From a virus (taxonomy: Duplodnaviria; Caudoviricetes): 33,627 nt of DNA. Under the pieces are notes generated by a model that had not been told where the DNA came from, did not search any database, and was given only the letters and a program-made list of their open reading frames with translations. The translations under genes were made by a program, and so were the position numbers. Where the stretch lies: positions 1 through 33,627 of the IMG/VR virus record IMGVR_UViG_3300037961_001367; one strand, written 5' to 3'. This document shows, one piece after another, positions 19,375-26,938 of this stretch; the stretch's first letter is position 1; every line of letters starts with the position of its first letter.

Positions 19375-19409
19375 GCACAACCTGGCTTACAGCTAGGTTG
19401 TGCTAATTT
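19375..19409 (+). terminator. 13-bp hairpin, probable terminator or processing stem
   Basis: GCACAACCTGGCT-TAC-AGCTAGGTTGTGC (one G-U pair) followed by TAATTT, a weak U-tract. Confidence 0.5.
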
Positions 19410-19494
19410 AGTACTCAGTTCTACACCATTGCACAGGAAGGGGGAATGCGCCCAGAAAAGAAATATTGCGACAGCAATTCAAACTCAATCTGCA

Positions 19495-19538
19495 TGAATA
19501 AAATTATTTATTCAATATTTTTTTTATGCTAATATAAT
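19495..19538 (+). promoter_or_regulatory. AT-rich palindrome and -10 box upstream of the DUF932 gene
   Basis: TGAATAAA-ATTA-TTTATTCA at 19495-19514; TATAAT at 19533-19538; the -35 box is weak. Confidence 0.4.
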
Positions 19539-19569
19539 TTACAAACACAAAACTAAAATGGAGATAACA

Positions 19570-20499
19570 ATGCCACTAGACAATACAATTGCAACTAAAC
19601 CTTTGCTAGATAAAATCTATGCCAAAGAATACCACAACCCAGAAGAATATACATTCCCAGTAAAATGGGCTGACTATTGTACATCAACTATAACTATAGA
19701 TGGTGTTGAACATACTGTAGAAAACAAAGAAAGCAGACAGTTAATTAATACAAGGGATATGTGTGTTGTTGGTGAACACAAATCTAAATATGTTGAACAG
19801 CTACATGAACCAATAGTAAACAAGGTTCTTGAAGTAGCTGAGAAACTACATATAGGTAAAGTCATACCCAACATTAGAGTCTATGAAAATGGACGTAAGC
19901 TAAGAGGAGAAGTGTATTTCCCAGAACAATCCTTTGATGTGCGTTCTGGTTTAAATGATACTGTTTGTTTCAAAATGGAGTTCTACAATTCATATTGTGG
20001 CAACTGGAAACTAGGGATCAAAGCCCTTGCTATGCGTTTGATATGCCTAAATGGAATGCTATATGGTCAAGCCATTACAGGTTCTGTTCTTAAACATACA
20101 GCAAACACAAACTATAACAGCTTACTTGAGAACACAAAACACTCATCAGAAATATTTATGAAGAGTGAAGATATCTACAACAAAATGTTACTATCAGGAC
20201 ATACAAAAACACAAGCTATGCAAATGTTTCGTAAATATTTATGTACTGATATTGTAAATGGTCAACGTAAAGTAAATGAAACACAAGTAACAATTCTAGC
20301 AAGACTATTACGAGACTATCGTAAAGAGCTTGGTCACAATGCTTGGGCTACATACAATGCTATGACTGAATGGGCAACACATACTCCTGCATCACAAGAT
20401 AAGAACGCATATCGTAATGAATCGCCAGTAGCTAGAATAAATGACAGTAACAAAAGACATGGAAAGGTAACAAATCTATTAAAGCAGTGGACTATATAA
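19570..20499 (+). CDS. DUF932-family phage/plasmid protein
   Basis: VGEHKSKY, FYNSYCG, MRLICLNG, KHT and NAWATYNAMTEWATH motifs; GGAG RBS favours the ATG at 19570. Confidence 0.8.
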   Translation: MPLDNTIATKPLLDKIYAKEYHNPEEYTFPVKWADYCTSTITIDGVEHTVENKESRQLINTRDMCVVGEHKSKYVEQLHEPIVNKVLEVAEKLHIGKVIPNIRVYENGRKLRGEVYFPEQSFDVRSGLNDTVCFKMEFYNSYCGNWKLGIKALAMRLICLNGMLYGQAITGSVLKHTANTNYNSLLENTKHSSEIFMKSEDIYNKMLLSGHTKTQAMQMFRKYLCTDIVNGQRKVNETQVTILARLLRDYRKELGHNAWATYNAMTEWATHTPASQDKNAYRNESPVARINDSNKRHGKVTNLLKQWTI

Positions 20500-20573
20500 A
20501 AAAAAGGGTGGACAAATTAATGTCCACCCAAGTTCCCAAACACAAAACCAATGACAACAGACAGGGAGATAAA

Positions 20574-20837
20574 ATGATGTCATATAATACTTCTATTAAC
20601 ATACAAGACCTAGTAAAAGCAATGAGTAAATTATCACATGATGAAGTGAGAGAATTGGGTAAAGTAATTTTTCCTAAACAACAAATACCACAACAAGAAT
20701 TGCTAGTAGGTTGTGCCATACAAGAACAAGATAGACTCACAAGTATGGTACATGAAGGTATGGAATATCAAAACGAACACAAAATTGAAGAGGACTTAAA
20801 AAACTTTTCAGCAAATTATGGAGTAATAATAGAATGA
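20574..20837 (+). CDS. Hypothetical protein
   Basis: GGAG RBS before the in-frame ATG at 20574; the track start at 20487 is an alternative. Confidence 0.6.
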   Translation: MMSYNTSINIQDLVKAMSKLSHDEVRELGKVIFPKQQIPQQELLVGCAIQEQDRLTSMVHEGMEYQNEHKIEEDLKNFSANYGVIIE

Positions 20838-21091
20838 AACCAATAAAAGTAAAACGTCCTTGGCATGGTGTTGTATCTATAAGAAGTACACAATGGCAGA
20901 AAGCATGTGATGCAAAAGCAGATGTTGTCATACAATGCCAAGGTGAAGAGATGGTAGTAAGTTATGATGAACTAAAATACCTGACCCCAAGAGGTACGTT
21001 TAGAGATAAGTTTGACAAAACAAAAACGTATGGTCTTGTAGATATAAAATGGAATCCAAACCCAATCACAACACAAGGAAAATTATTATGA
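20834..21091 (+). CDS. Hypothetical protein
   Basis: 85 aa, GGAG RBS, ATGA coupling at both ends. Confidence 0.7.
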   Translation: MKPIKVKRPWHGVVSIRSTQWQKACDAKADVVIQCQGEEMVVSYDELKYLTPRGTFRDKFDKTKTYGLVDIKWNPNPITTQGKLL

Positions 21092-21516
21092 TGTTACATG
21101 AATTAAAACAAGCATATAATATTATACTTACAGTAAGACAGTTAAAAGTTCTAACTGCTGTATCTATACTTAATAAACAATATCCAGATAAAAACAGAAG
21201 CATAAATCACACTACACATAAAAGAATAATGGAACTTTCAAAAGAAGAAAATCCATATGTAAGTAGTACTTTAAATGTTTTGCAGTATAAACATAACTGT
21301 ATTGTTTCTACTCGTCATAATAGTCATGCTTTTGCTCTTGGTATATACAATACCTATGCTATCAATGAAAAAGGAAATGCAGTATTGCAACGTAATAAAC
21401 AAATAATCTTTGACGCAAAAGAAAATAATGCTACAACAAGTTATTATGAAGACATACTTAGCACAACTAGAAACTCTATCGCAAACCACACATGTGGATC
21501 TAGCTTCAGCATTTAA
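21088..21516 (+). CDS. Winged-helix (MarR-like) DNA-binding protein
   Basis: LTVRQLKVL...VSSTLNVL...YAINEKG pattern; ATGA-coupled start. Confidence 0.55.
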   Translation: MMLHELKQAYNIILTVRQLKVLTAVSILNKQYPDKNRSINHTTHKRIMELSKEENPYVSSTLNVLQYKHNCIVSTRHNSHAFALGIYNTYAINEKGNAVLQRNKQIIFDAKENNATTSYYEDILSTTRNSIANHTCGSSFSI

Positions 21517-21694
21517 GTTTGCAGGTATACCTTACTCTACTTACTACAGAAATATGAGAGGAGTAGAGTTAAGGTATACAACTGCAATAAAAGTAAAAGA
21601 TGCCATAGAACTAATAGCCAAACACAAAGAGGTTTATAAAGACAAATGCCTTCCAAAGAAAAAAGCAAAGGGAACTACCACGAAAACAAAATAA
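21446..21694 (+). CDS. Cro/XRE-like HTH protein
   Basis: LASAFKFAGIPYSTYYR...ELRYTTAIKV HTH pattern; start uncertain. Confidence 0.6.
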   Translation: MKTYLAQLETLSQTTHVDLASAFKFAGIPYSTYYRNMRGVELRYTTAIKVKDAIELIAKHKEVYKDKCLPKKKAKGTTTKTK

Positions 21695-22020
21695 AAGAGT
21701 GGCTAGATTCTCTTGGTGTTGTATGTACAAAGCAGATAGCTAGTGGACAGCATGGACACCTACGAGCAGACTTACGCAGTGATATAATAATCAGCTTACA
21801 AACAGAAACATTGTATGTTGAGTGTAAGTACAGAAATGTAAATAAAAAATCACGCTTCCCAAACATTTGGGAGGTGTTAGAAAATAATGACATAGCAATA
21901 TTTAAAAAGAGTGAAGGAGGAAAAAATATAAAACAAATAGTATTAATGAACCAAGATGTATTTGAAAAATACACAGCACCAACACTAAACAAAAACAGAA
22001 AGGAACTGAAAAGTGAATGA
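21646..22020 (+). CDS. Holliday junction resolvase, Hjc-like PD-(D/E)xK nuclease
   Basis: KSKGNYHE, ASG, SDIII and YVECKYR motifs. Confidence 0.8.
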   Translation: MPSKEKSKGNYHENKIKEWLDSLGVVCTKQIASGQHGHLRADLRSDIIISLQTETLYVECKYRNVNKKSRFPNIWEVLENNDIAIFKKSEGGKNIKQIVLMNQDVFEKYTAPTLNKNRKELKSE

Positions 22021-22522
22021 TGTAATAAAATTTGAGTCAAAAGCTATGGTACACATACTGCTTGCAGAAAAATGGGAAGAACCTTTGGAAACTCTTTCAG
22101 AGATTTATTCTGCTTTAGGTGCAACAGATGGTTGCAGTATAGAAAAAGGCAGATATGTTGCACAGTTTACGTTCAAAGCTGATTCCCTTGAGTCAGCAAG
22201 AAAAGCACTTGATAAGTTAGATTGGTATATGACACCTTTACCTAAACAAGAAATAAAAGATAGATTGATAGAATTAAGACATACAAAAAGATGGGATAAT
22301 GACCAAGCAAAAGAAGAATCTAAACAAGCTTGCATTGCAGTAGTCTTAAGAAATCTAGCTTTGTACCCTGCTGATTTGGCAACACTGTCACTAAATACAG
22401 TTGAGAAAGTATGTATGTTTTTCCCACAATTAGTAGGCTTTGAAAGAAGTGTAAGTAATTATTTTCAAGAACGAAAATTTATCAGAAAGCTAATAATAAA
22501 AGAGCTTGACAGATTGCAATAA
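22013..22522 (+). CDS. Hypothetical replication-associated protein, possibly a helicase loader/inhibitor
   Basis: The C-terminal LALYPADL...FFPQL pattern resembles phage loader-type proteins; position in the replication module. Confidence 0.4.
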   Translation: MNDVIKFESKAMVHILLAEKWEEPLETLSEIYSALGATDGCSIEKGRYVAQFTFKADSLESARKALDKLDWYMTPLPKQEIKDRLIELRHTKRWDNDQAKEESKQACIAVVLRNLALYPADLATLSLNTVEKVCMFFPQLVGFERSVSNYFQERKFIRKLIIKELDRLQ

Positions 22523-22534
22523 TGCAATTAGTCT
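22506..22534 (+). promoter_or_regulatory. Sigma70-type promoter for the recombination operon, with a palindrome in the spacer
   Basis: TTGACA, N17, TAGTCT; ATTGCA-ATAA-TGCAAT at 22513-22528. Confidence 0.6.
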
Positions 22535-22540
22535 CAACCT

Positions 22541-22603
22541 GTCAGAACATATGACTTTTACCATTGCCTGTGTAAAAAAAAATATTTCCCCATGTGTTCT
22601 GAC
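22541..22603 (+). promoter_or_regulatory. Structured 5' leader hairpin
   Basis: GTCAGAACATATG pairs with CATGTGTTCTGAC (13 bp, one U-G), starting at the predicted TSS. Confidence 0.55.
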
Positions 22604-22625
22604 ACCAAACATGAAAGGACAAATC

Positions 22626-23573
22626 ATGACAGTAGTACTTACTGCGGCAGAGAAAGACCGCAACAAATATATTGGTGGCAGTGATGTTGCTAAAATTATG
22701 AGTGGAGATTGGTATGATCTCTGGTTAGAAAAGACTGGGCAAGTAAAACACCCAGACTTATCAGATGTATTCCAGGTGCAACTAGGTACAGTAACAGAAG
22801 CATTTAATATTGAATGGTTCTATAAAAATTATCTTACATGTGCAAAACAGAACAAGATAGAAGGGATAAACCCAAGACAATTATTTGGTAAAAAAGATGA
22901 AAGGTTTATGCGTGGCGAATTTGGTAAAAAAGATGAAAGGTTTATGCGTGGCAATCTTGATGATGTATGTATAGATGGTTCAGGTAGGATATGTGCAATA
23001 GAAGCTAAACATACAAGTGCTTTGGGTATGAGATTCAAGAATATGGATGAGGCAATAGAAGAGTACATGCCTCAGATGCAATTCTATCTGTACCTTCTAC
23101 ACCAAAATTTTTCAACTGATGATGACTACTACACAGTAGGTGGATGCTACTTCCCTATTATCTTTGGCAACGTATGGCATTGTGTAAAGGTAAGTAGTTA
23201 TGCAGGGTATCAAATAGATATGGTAGATGCCATCCATAGATTTAAGAAACATGTAGATAAGTTTGACCCAAAGTGTCCAGAAGCAACAGCACCACCAAAA
23301 TATAAAACAAAACAAACTGATGTAGATATAGATAAGATACCTGTAAATGGTGGTATTAAAGTTGATATGTCACAAAGCAATTCATTTATTAATGATGCAA
23401 ATAACTATATCAAAACAAAAAACGAATCAGACAAAACACAAAGCAAACTAAAAGAAACAAGAAAGTTTTTATTAGAACATGTACCTGATAATGCAAGAGA
23501 AGTTTATAGTCCGCTTCTTAATATCAAGCGTGATACTAAAGGTACACTAAGAGTAAATATAAAAGGAGAATAA
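22626..23573 (+). CDS. YqaJ-like viral recombinase / lambda-type exonuclease
   Basis: RNKYIGGSD, GTVTE, GNLDD, IEAK and QMQFY motifs; RBS ATGAAAGGAC favours the ATG at 22626. Confidence 0.9.
   Translation: MTVVLTAAEKDRNKYIGGSDVAKIMSGDWYDLWLEKTGQVKHPDLSDVFQVQLGTVTEAFNIEWFYKNYLTCAKQNKIEGINPRQLFGKKDERFMRGEFGKKDERFMRGNLDDVCIDGSGRICAIEAKHTSALGMRFKNMDEAIEEYMPQMQFYLYLLHQNFSTDDDYYTVGGCYFPIIFGNVWHCVKVSSYAGYQIDMVDAIHRFKKHVDKFDPKCPEATAPPKYKTKQTDVDIDKIPVNGGIKVDMSQSNSFINDANNYIKTKNESDKTQSKLKETRKFLLEHVPDNAREVYSPLLNIKRDTKGTLRVNIKGE
22883..22952 (+). repeat. In-frame tandem duplication with a 36-nt period
   Basis: ATTTGGTAAAAAAGATGAAAGGTTTATGCGTGGC at 22883-22916 and 22919-22952. Confidence 0.97.
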
Positions 23574-23574
23574 A

Positions 23575-24066
23575 ATGAACACAAGACAAGATTATCAAAA
23601 ACAAAACTCAGAACTATGGGACAGACTTTCAACTACTGATCCTGCTTACACAAAGAGTGTACCTGCATCATGGGGTGGACAGATAACTGCTATCAATGCT
23701 CACTACCAAGTAAGAAAGATGACAGATGAAATTGGTCAAGTAGGGAAAGCGTGGGGGTGGAATGCTACCTACGAAACAAAAGACATAAGAAGAGGAGAGG
23801 AAATAATACCTGTTGTTTTTGCTTATGTTACTATCTGGGTGGGCGAAAAGGAGAAAGCTATTGGGCCTATAGCAAGCTGTATGCCCATGATAAATCAAAC
23901 AAGGAAAGACCCACGCGGTAAACTTGATGATGAAGCTCCAAAGAAAGCTATGACTGACGCACTTACCAAAGGCTTATCCCACTTTGGTTGTGACGCTGAT
24001 ATCTTTTTAGGTGAATGGGATAACAATAAATACGTCAACAACGATAACAATGTCACAGATCTATAG
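23575..24066 (+). CDS. Single-strand annealing protein, Rad52/Sak-like
   Basis: GQVGKAWGW and DDEAPKKAMTDALTKGLSHFGCDADIFLG motifs; follows the exonuclease. Confidence 0.75.
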   Translation: MNTRQDYQKQNSELWDRLSTTDPAYTKSVPASWGGQITAINAHYQVRKMTDEIGQVGKAWGWNATYETKDIRRGEEIIPVVFAYVTIWVGEKEKAIGPIASCMPMINQTRKDPRGKLDDEAPKKAMTDALTKGLSHFGCDADIFLGEWDNNKYVNNDNNVTDL

Positions 24067-24074
24067 GAGGAATT

Positions 24075-24515
24075 ATGACAGATACATATATTAAAGATAA
24101 AGGAACTATATCTGGTATTAAAAACAATAGCACAGAAGTAAAATATCAGGGTTCTGTATCTATAGAAGATGCCAACATGCAGTTTATTGTAGCTACAGTA
24201 CAATACGGAAGCAAAGGTAGTAGCACTGGAATCTATCAAAGAATAGGTGAACTCAAACCTAATAGTGATAAACAAAATGAGCAAGACGGAAGACCAGATT
24301 ACAAAGCACATATCAATGTTGTCCATAGACAACCTCATGATGGAGGTTACAAGACTACTTCCAAATACAAAAACTTATCTGTATGGGTGAATCAAAATAA
24401 AGAAACACAAGAAAAATATTTAGGACTAGAGTTTTCATCAAAGGATTTTTCTGATACTTCTTCTGCACCCAAACAATCTAATGCTTGGAAGTCTGAACAA
24501 GAAACACCATCCTAA
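24075..24515 (+). CDS. Single-stranded DNA-binding protein, DUF736-like
   Basis: RPDYKAHI, LSVWVN and KYLGLEFS motifs with a flexible tail; third gene of the exonuclease-annealase-SSB trio. Confidence 0.65.
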   Translation: MTDTYIKDKGTISGIKNNSTEVKYQGSVSIEDANMQFIVATVQYGSKGSSTGIYQRIGELKPNSDKQNEQDGRPDYKAHINVVHRQPHDGGYKTTSKYKNLSVWVNQNKETQEKYLGLEFSSKDFSDTSSAPKQSNAWKSEQETPS

Positions 24516-24519
24516 AAAG

Positions 24520-24643
24520 ATCCTCTGCAATTACTACGTTCCTAGTCCTTTCATGGTTTTTGCAGGGGATTCCATCAAATTAGAGGCTGAAATTTAGCCA
24601 TACAGGGGGGTTAAATACTTTTTATATAGTATAGTAACCCCCT
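24520..24643 (+). ncRNA. Three-hairpin intergenic element; the first loop is anti-RBS
   Basis: ATCCTCTGCAA/TTGCAGGGGAT, GGCTGA/TTAGCC and GGGGGTTA/TAACCCCC stems. Confidence 0.45.
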
Positions 24644-24660
24644 AAATTAAGGAGATTACC

Positions 24661-24870
24661 GTGTATATTACATACATTCTTGTATTAATTTCATTAGAAG
24701 CAAAACCACCATCATTATTTTCTATAGCTTTTAGAGATAAAGATTTATGCTTTGAAGTAGCAAATCATTTAACTAACAAAGGTCTTGGTGATCAATGTTT
24801 TGAAAGGTATAACTATCTTACCTACAGCATACCACCACAAAGACCAGAACAGATAGAAAGTTTACAATGA
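24661..24870 (+). CDS. Small hypothetical protein with a hydrophobic N-terminus and two Cys
   Basis: AAGGAG RBS, GTG start. Confidence 0.65.
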   Translation: MYITYILVLISLEAKPPSLFSIAFRDKDLCFEVANHLTNKGLGDQCFERYNYLTYSIPPQRPEQIESLQ

Positions 24871-25118
24871 CAGAATTTAGAAAACTAGAGCCAACAGAAT
24901 GGAGAGAAGTAGGCAAAGATAGAAAAGGAAGAACTAGATGCGAGTGTCCTCACTGCAAACACATACATCATCTCAACTGGGAACTAACACCTGCACCTGC
25001 TAAAGTATTGTGTGGTTGTGGTATGGAAATGTTGAACCCAAAACATAAAGCAATAGTAGAAAGACTAAACAAAGAATGGGAAGAAGCAAAAGACAGATGG
25101 CAAATCAAACCTCTTTAA
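24867..25118 (+). CDS. Zinc-ribbon protein
   Basis: CPHC...CGC; ATGA-coupled. Confidence 0.65.
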   Translation: MTEFRKLEPTEWREVGKDRKGRTRCECPHCKHIHHLNWELTPAPAKVLCGCGMEMLNPKHKAIVERLNKEWEEAKDRWQIKPL

Positions 25119-25227
25119 CAGCATCACAGAATAAAAAATAAAGCCAATCTTCTGGGGGAACAAACTCAAACGGAATAGGTTCTTTATCTTCTAAATCAAA
25201 AGAAAGCTGTTCACTTGTTGAGTTCAA
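25105..25227 (-). CDS. Possible 40-aa acidic peptide (MNSTSEQLSFDLEDKEPIPFEFVPPEDWLYFLFCDAVKEV)
   Basis: Open frame filling the gap after the endolysin; TTG start with no clear RBS. Confidence 0.3.
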   Translation of the reverse strand: MNSTSEQLSFDLEDKEPIPFEFVPPEDWLYFLFCDAVKEV

Positions 25228-25687
25228 AATGTGGGCCGTCAAAAAATGGTCTTTGTTTTAATTTACGTTTATAATCTATATAAGACATTTGTGCTTCTTC
25301 CATAGACTTGTCCCAATTTGCTATATCTGGAACAGACCAAGCACCACCCCATCTTAAACGAAAATTCTTTCTATCTACTTGTTGACTTGCTTCCTTCATA
25401 GCATCAGCAATATCATCATATACATTAACTTCCCAACAAACCTCACCATTTACATAAGCAACAAGATCAACAGCCCAACTTGTCATATCATCCTGTAATA
25501 AATGATAACTATTCATGGTTTGAGATTTGCCTTGTTGAACTAACTCTTGTTGTCTTTGTATAGTTCTTACGCCTGTAGTTACACCAAAATCTATTTTTGT
25601 TTTTTCAATAGCCAGGATTGTAATATCTACAAGAACTTGATTAACACCTTTTAATCTTTGCAAACTTCTATTTGATAATCTAAACAT
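25211..25687 (-). CDS. Endolysin, M15-family L-Ala-D-Glu peptidase
   Basis: SLQRLKGV, GVRT, SYHL, AVDL, RWGGAW and DGPHFEL Zn-peptidase motifs. Confidence 0.92.
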   Translation of the reverse strand: MFRLSNRSLQRLKGVNQVLVDITILAIEKTKIDFGVTTGVRTIQRQQELVQQGKSQTMNSYHLLQDDMTSWAVDLVAYVNGEVCWEVNVYDDIADAMKEASQQVDRKNFRLRWGGAWSVPDIANWDKSMEEAQMSYIDYKRKLKQRPFFDGPHFELNK

Positions 25688-26142
25688 TAATAATCTCCTA
25701 ATGGCATTTTAAATTGTAACCCAATAGATTTATTTTTTAAACTAATATTAGGTGTCAATCTTCCAGAACCAATATCAATACCTGTTAATGGTCTTATAAA
25801 ATCTAACATACTTTTTGTTCTTCTGCTTATTTCATTTGATCCCTCAGAAATGTCACGACCTTCATTTGTAACTGGAAATAATTCAGAAATACTTTTTGTT
25901 GACATTTTTTCATTATTTAAATTGGAAACAATAGATAACGGTTCTATATTTTTAAACACTTCTAATACATTTACAGGTGTAAATGCTTTCATCTGTGGTT
26001 CACTTTCCTTGGTAAAAGGAACATTATTAACAGAACTATAATCTTTAAGTTTTGCATTCATTGCAGAAAGTTCTTGAAGTTTTTTATTTATTTTTTTGTT
26101 TTCTTTTGCAATTGCTAATGCACTTTTTTTACCTTTAGCCAT
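25687..26142 (-). CDS. Hypothetical protein
   Basis: 151 aa, basic N-terminus, AAGGA RBS, TAATG-coupled to the endolysin. Confidence 0.7.
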   Translation of the reverse strand: MAKGKKSALAIAKENKKINKKLQELSAMNAKLKDYSSVNNVPFTKESEPQMKAFTPVNVLEVFKNIEPLSIVSNLNNEKMSTKSISELFPVTNEGRDISEGSNEISRRTKSMLDFIRPLTGIDIGSGRLTPNISLKNKSIGLQFKMPLGDY

Positions 26143-26151
26143 AACTATTCC

Positions 26152-26445
26152 TTACCATTTAGTTTTATGTGACCAATATCTAGCAGACATCTTACTGGGT
26201 TTAGAATCTTGAGCATTGTGTCTAGCATAATATGATTTCTTTCTTGCTTTATCTTTAGCAGATGTAGGATTTTTACCTGCACCTCTTACACCTTGTTGTC
26301 CAAATCTAATAAGTTTTAATTCATGTCCTTGTTGTGCAAGAACCATATGAGATTTTGTTTTATGATTAGGTGTACGTTTAGGTTTATTAACACCAGATAA
26401 GTTATGTTTTTTTAATAATGATTTTTTTCTATTTTCATGTGGCAT
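26152..26445 (-). CDS. Small basic phage protein
   Basis: KLIRFGQQG, RKKSYYARH and SARYWS...W motifs. Confidence 0.75.
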   Translation of the reverse strand: MPHENRKKSLLKKHNLSGVNKPKRTPNHKTKSHMVLAQQGHELKLIRFGQQGVRGAGKNPTSAKDKARKKSYYARHNAQDSKPSKMSARYWSHKTKW

Positions 26446-26810
26446 TATTTTTTCTTACCTACAGGATTAAAGAATTTCTTTGCACTTCGTGTGGCGAATG
26501 ATGCCGCAACTATACTGCCCAAACTTACCTGATACCAAGTTGGCATCCCAGAGAGCGCAAGGAAACCATCAGTAACTATTTGCCTACCCCACTCGCCACA
26601 AAAAGAAAGTACCATAGGTATTGAAAATAGTAAAGTCAGCCATTCATCTTTCCATGAAGATTGACTGGCTCTCATTGCGGCTAAATCCCAATCAATTTCT
26701 CCTGTTGCTTCTTTCATCTTGATGGTCGCTTCTGCCTTCTGAATAGCAGTGCGACCTTCAAGATAGGAGGAAGCTAATGAACCTACTGATGTAAGTATAG
26801 AAGTTATCAC
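26445..26810 (-). CDS. Holin-like membrane protein
   Basis: SSWKDEWLT motif followed by hydrophobic helices and a basic C-terminus; in the lysis region. Confidence 0.7.
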   Translation of the reverse strand: MITSILTSVGSLASSYLEGRTAIQKAEATIKMKEATGEIDWDLAAMRASQSSWKDEWLTLLFSIPMVLSFCGEWGRQIVTDGFLALSGMPTWYQVSLGSIVAASFATRSAKKFFNPVGKKK

Positions 26811-26935
26811 CTCTTTTTCTTTGCCTTCATTATTTTATCTTGCAATGCTTTTGGCAATGTCTTTTGTTTTTTAGTCATTCCTTTTTTTGGAGGTCTACCT
26901 TTTTTAGACCCATATGTTCCTTTACCCATTGGCAT
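26807..26935 (-). CDS. 42-aa Lys-rich peptide with an AT-hook-like motif
   Basis: Not in the track. AGGAG RBS; MPMGKGTYGSKKGRPPKKGMTKKQKTLPKALQDKIMKAKKKR; GTGA-coupled to the holin. Confidence 0.7.
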   Translation of the reverse strand: MPMGKGTYGSKKGRPPKKGMTKKQKTLPKALQDKIMKAKKKR

Positions 26936-26938
26936 AAT

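Noticed and set aside
22506-22625. 40-aa N-terminal extension of YqaJ given by the ORF track
   Set aside because: The TTG start is the -35 box; the interval holds a promoter, a leader hairpin and the RBS for the ATG at 22626.
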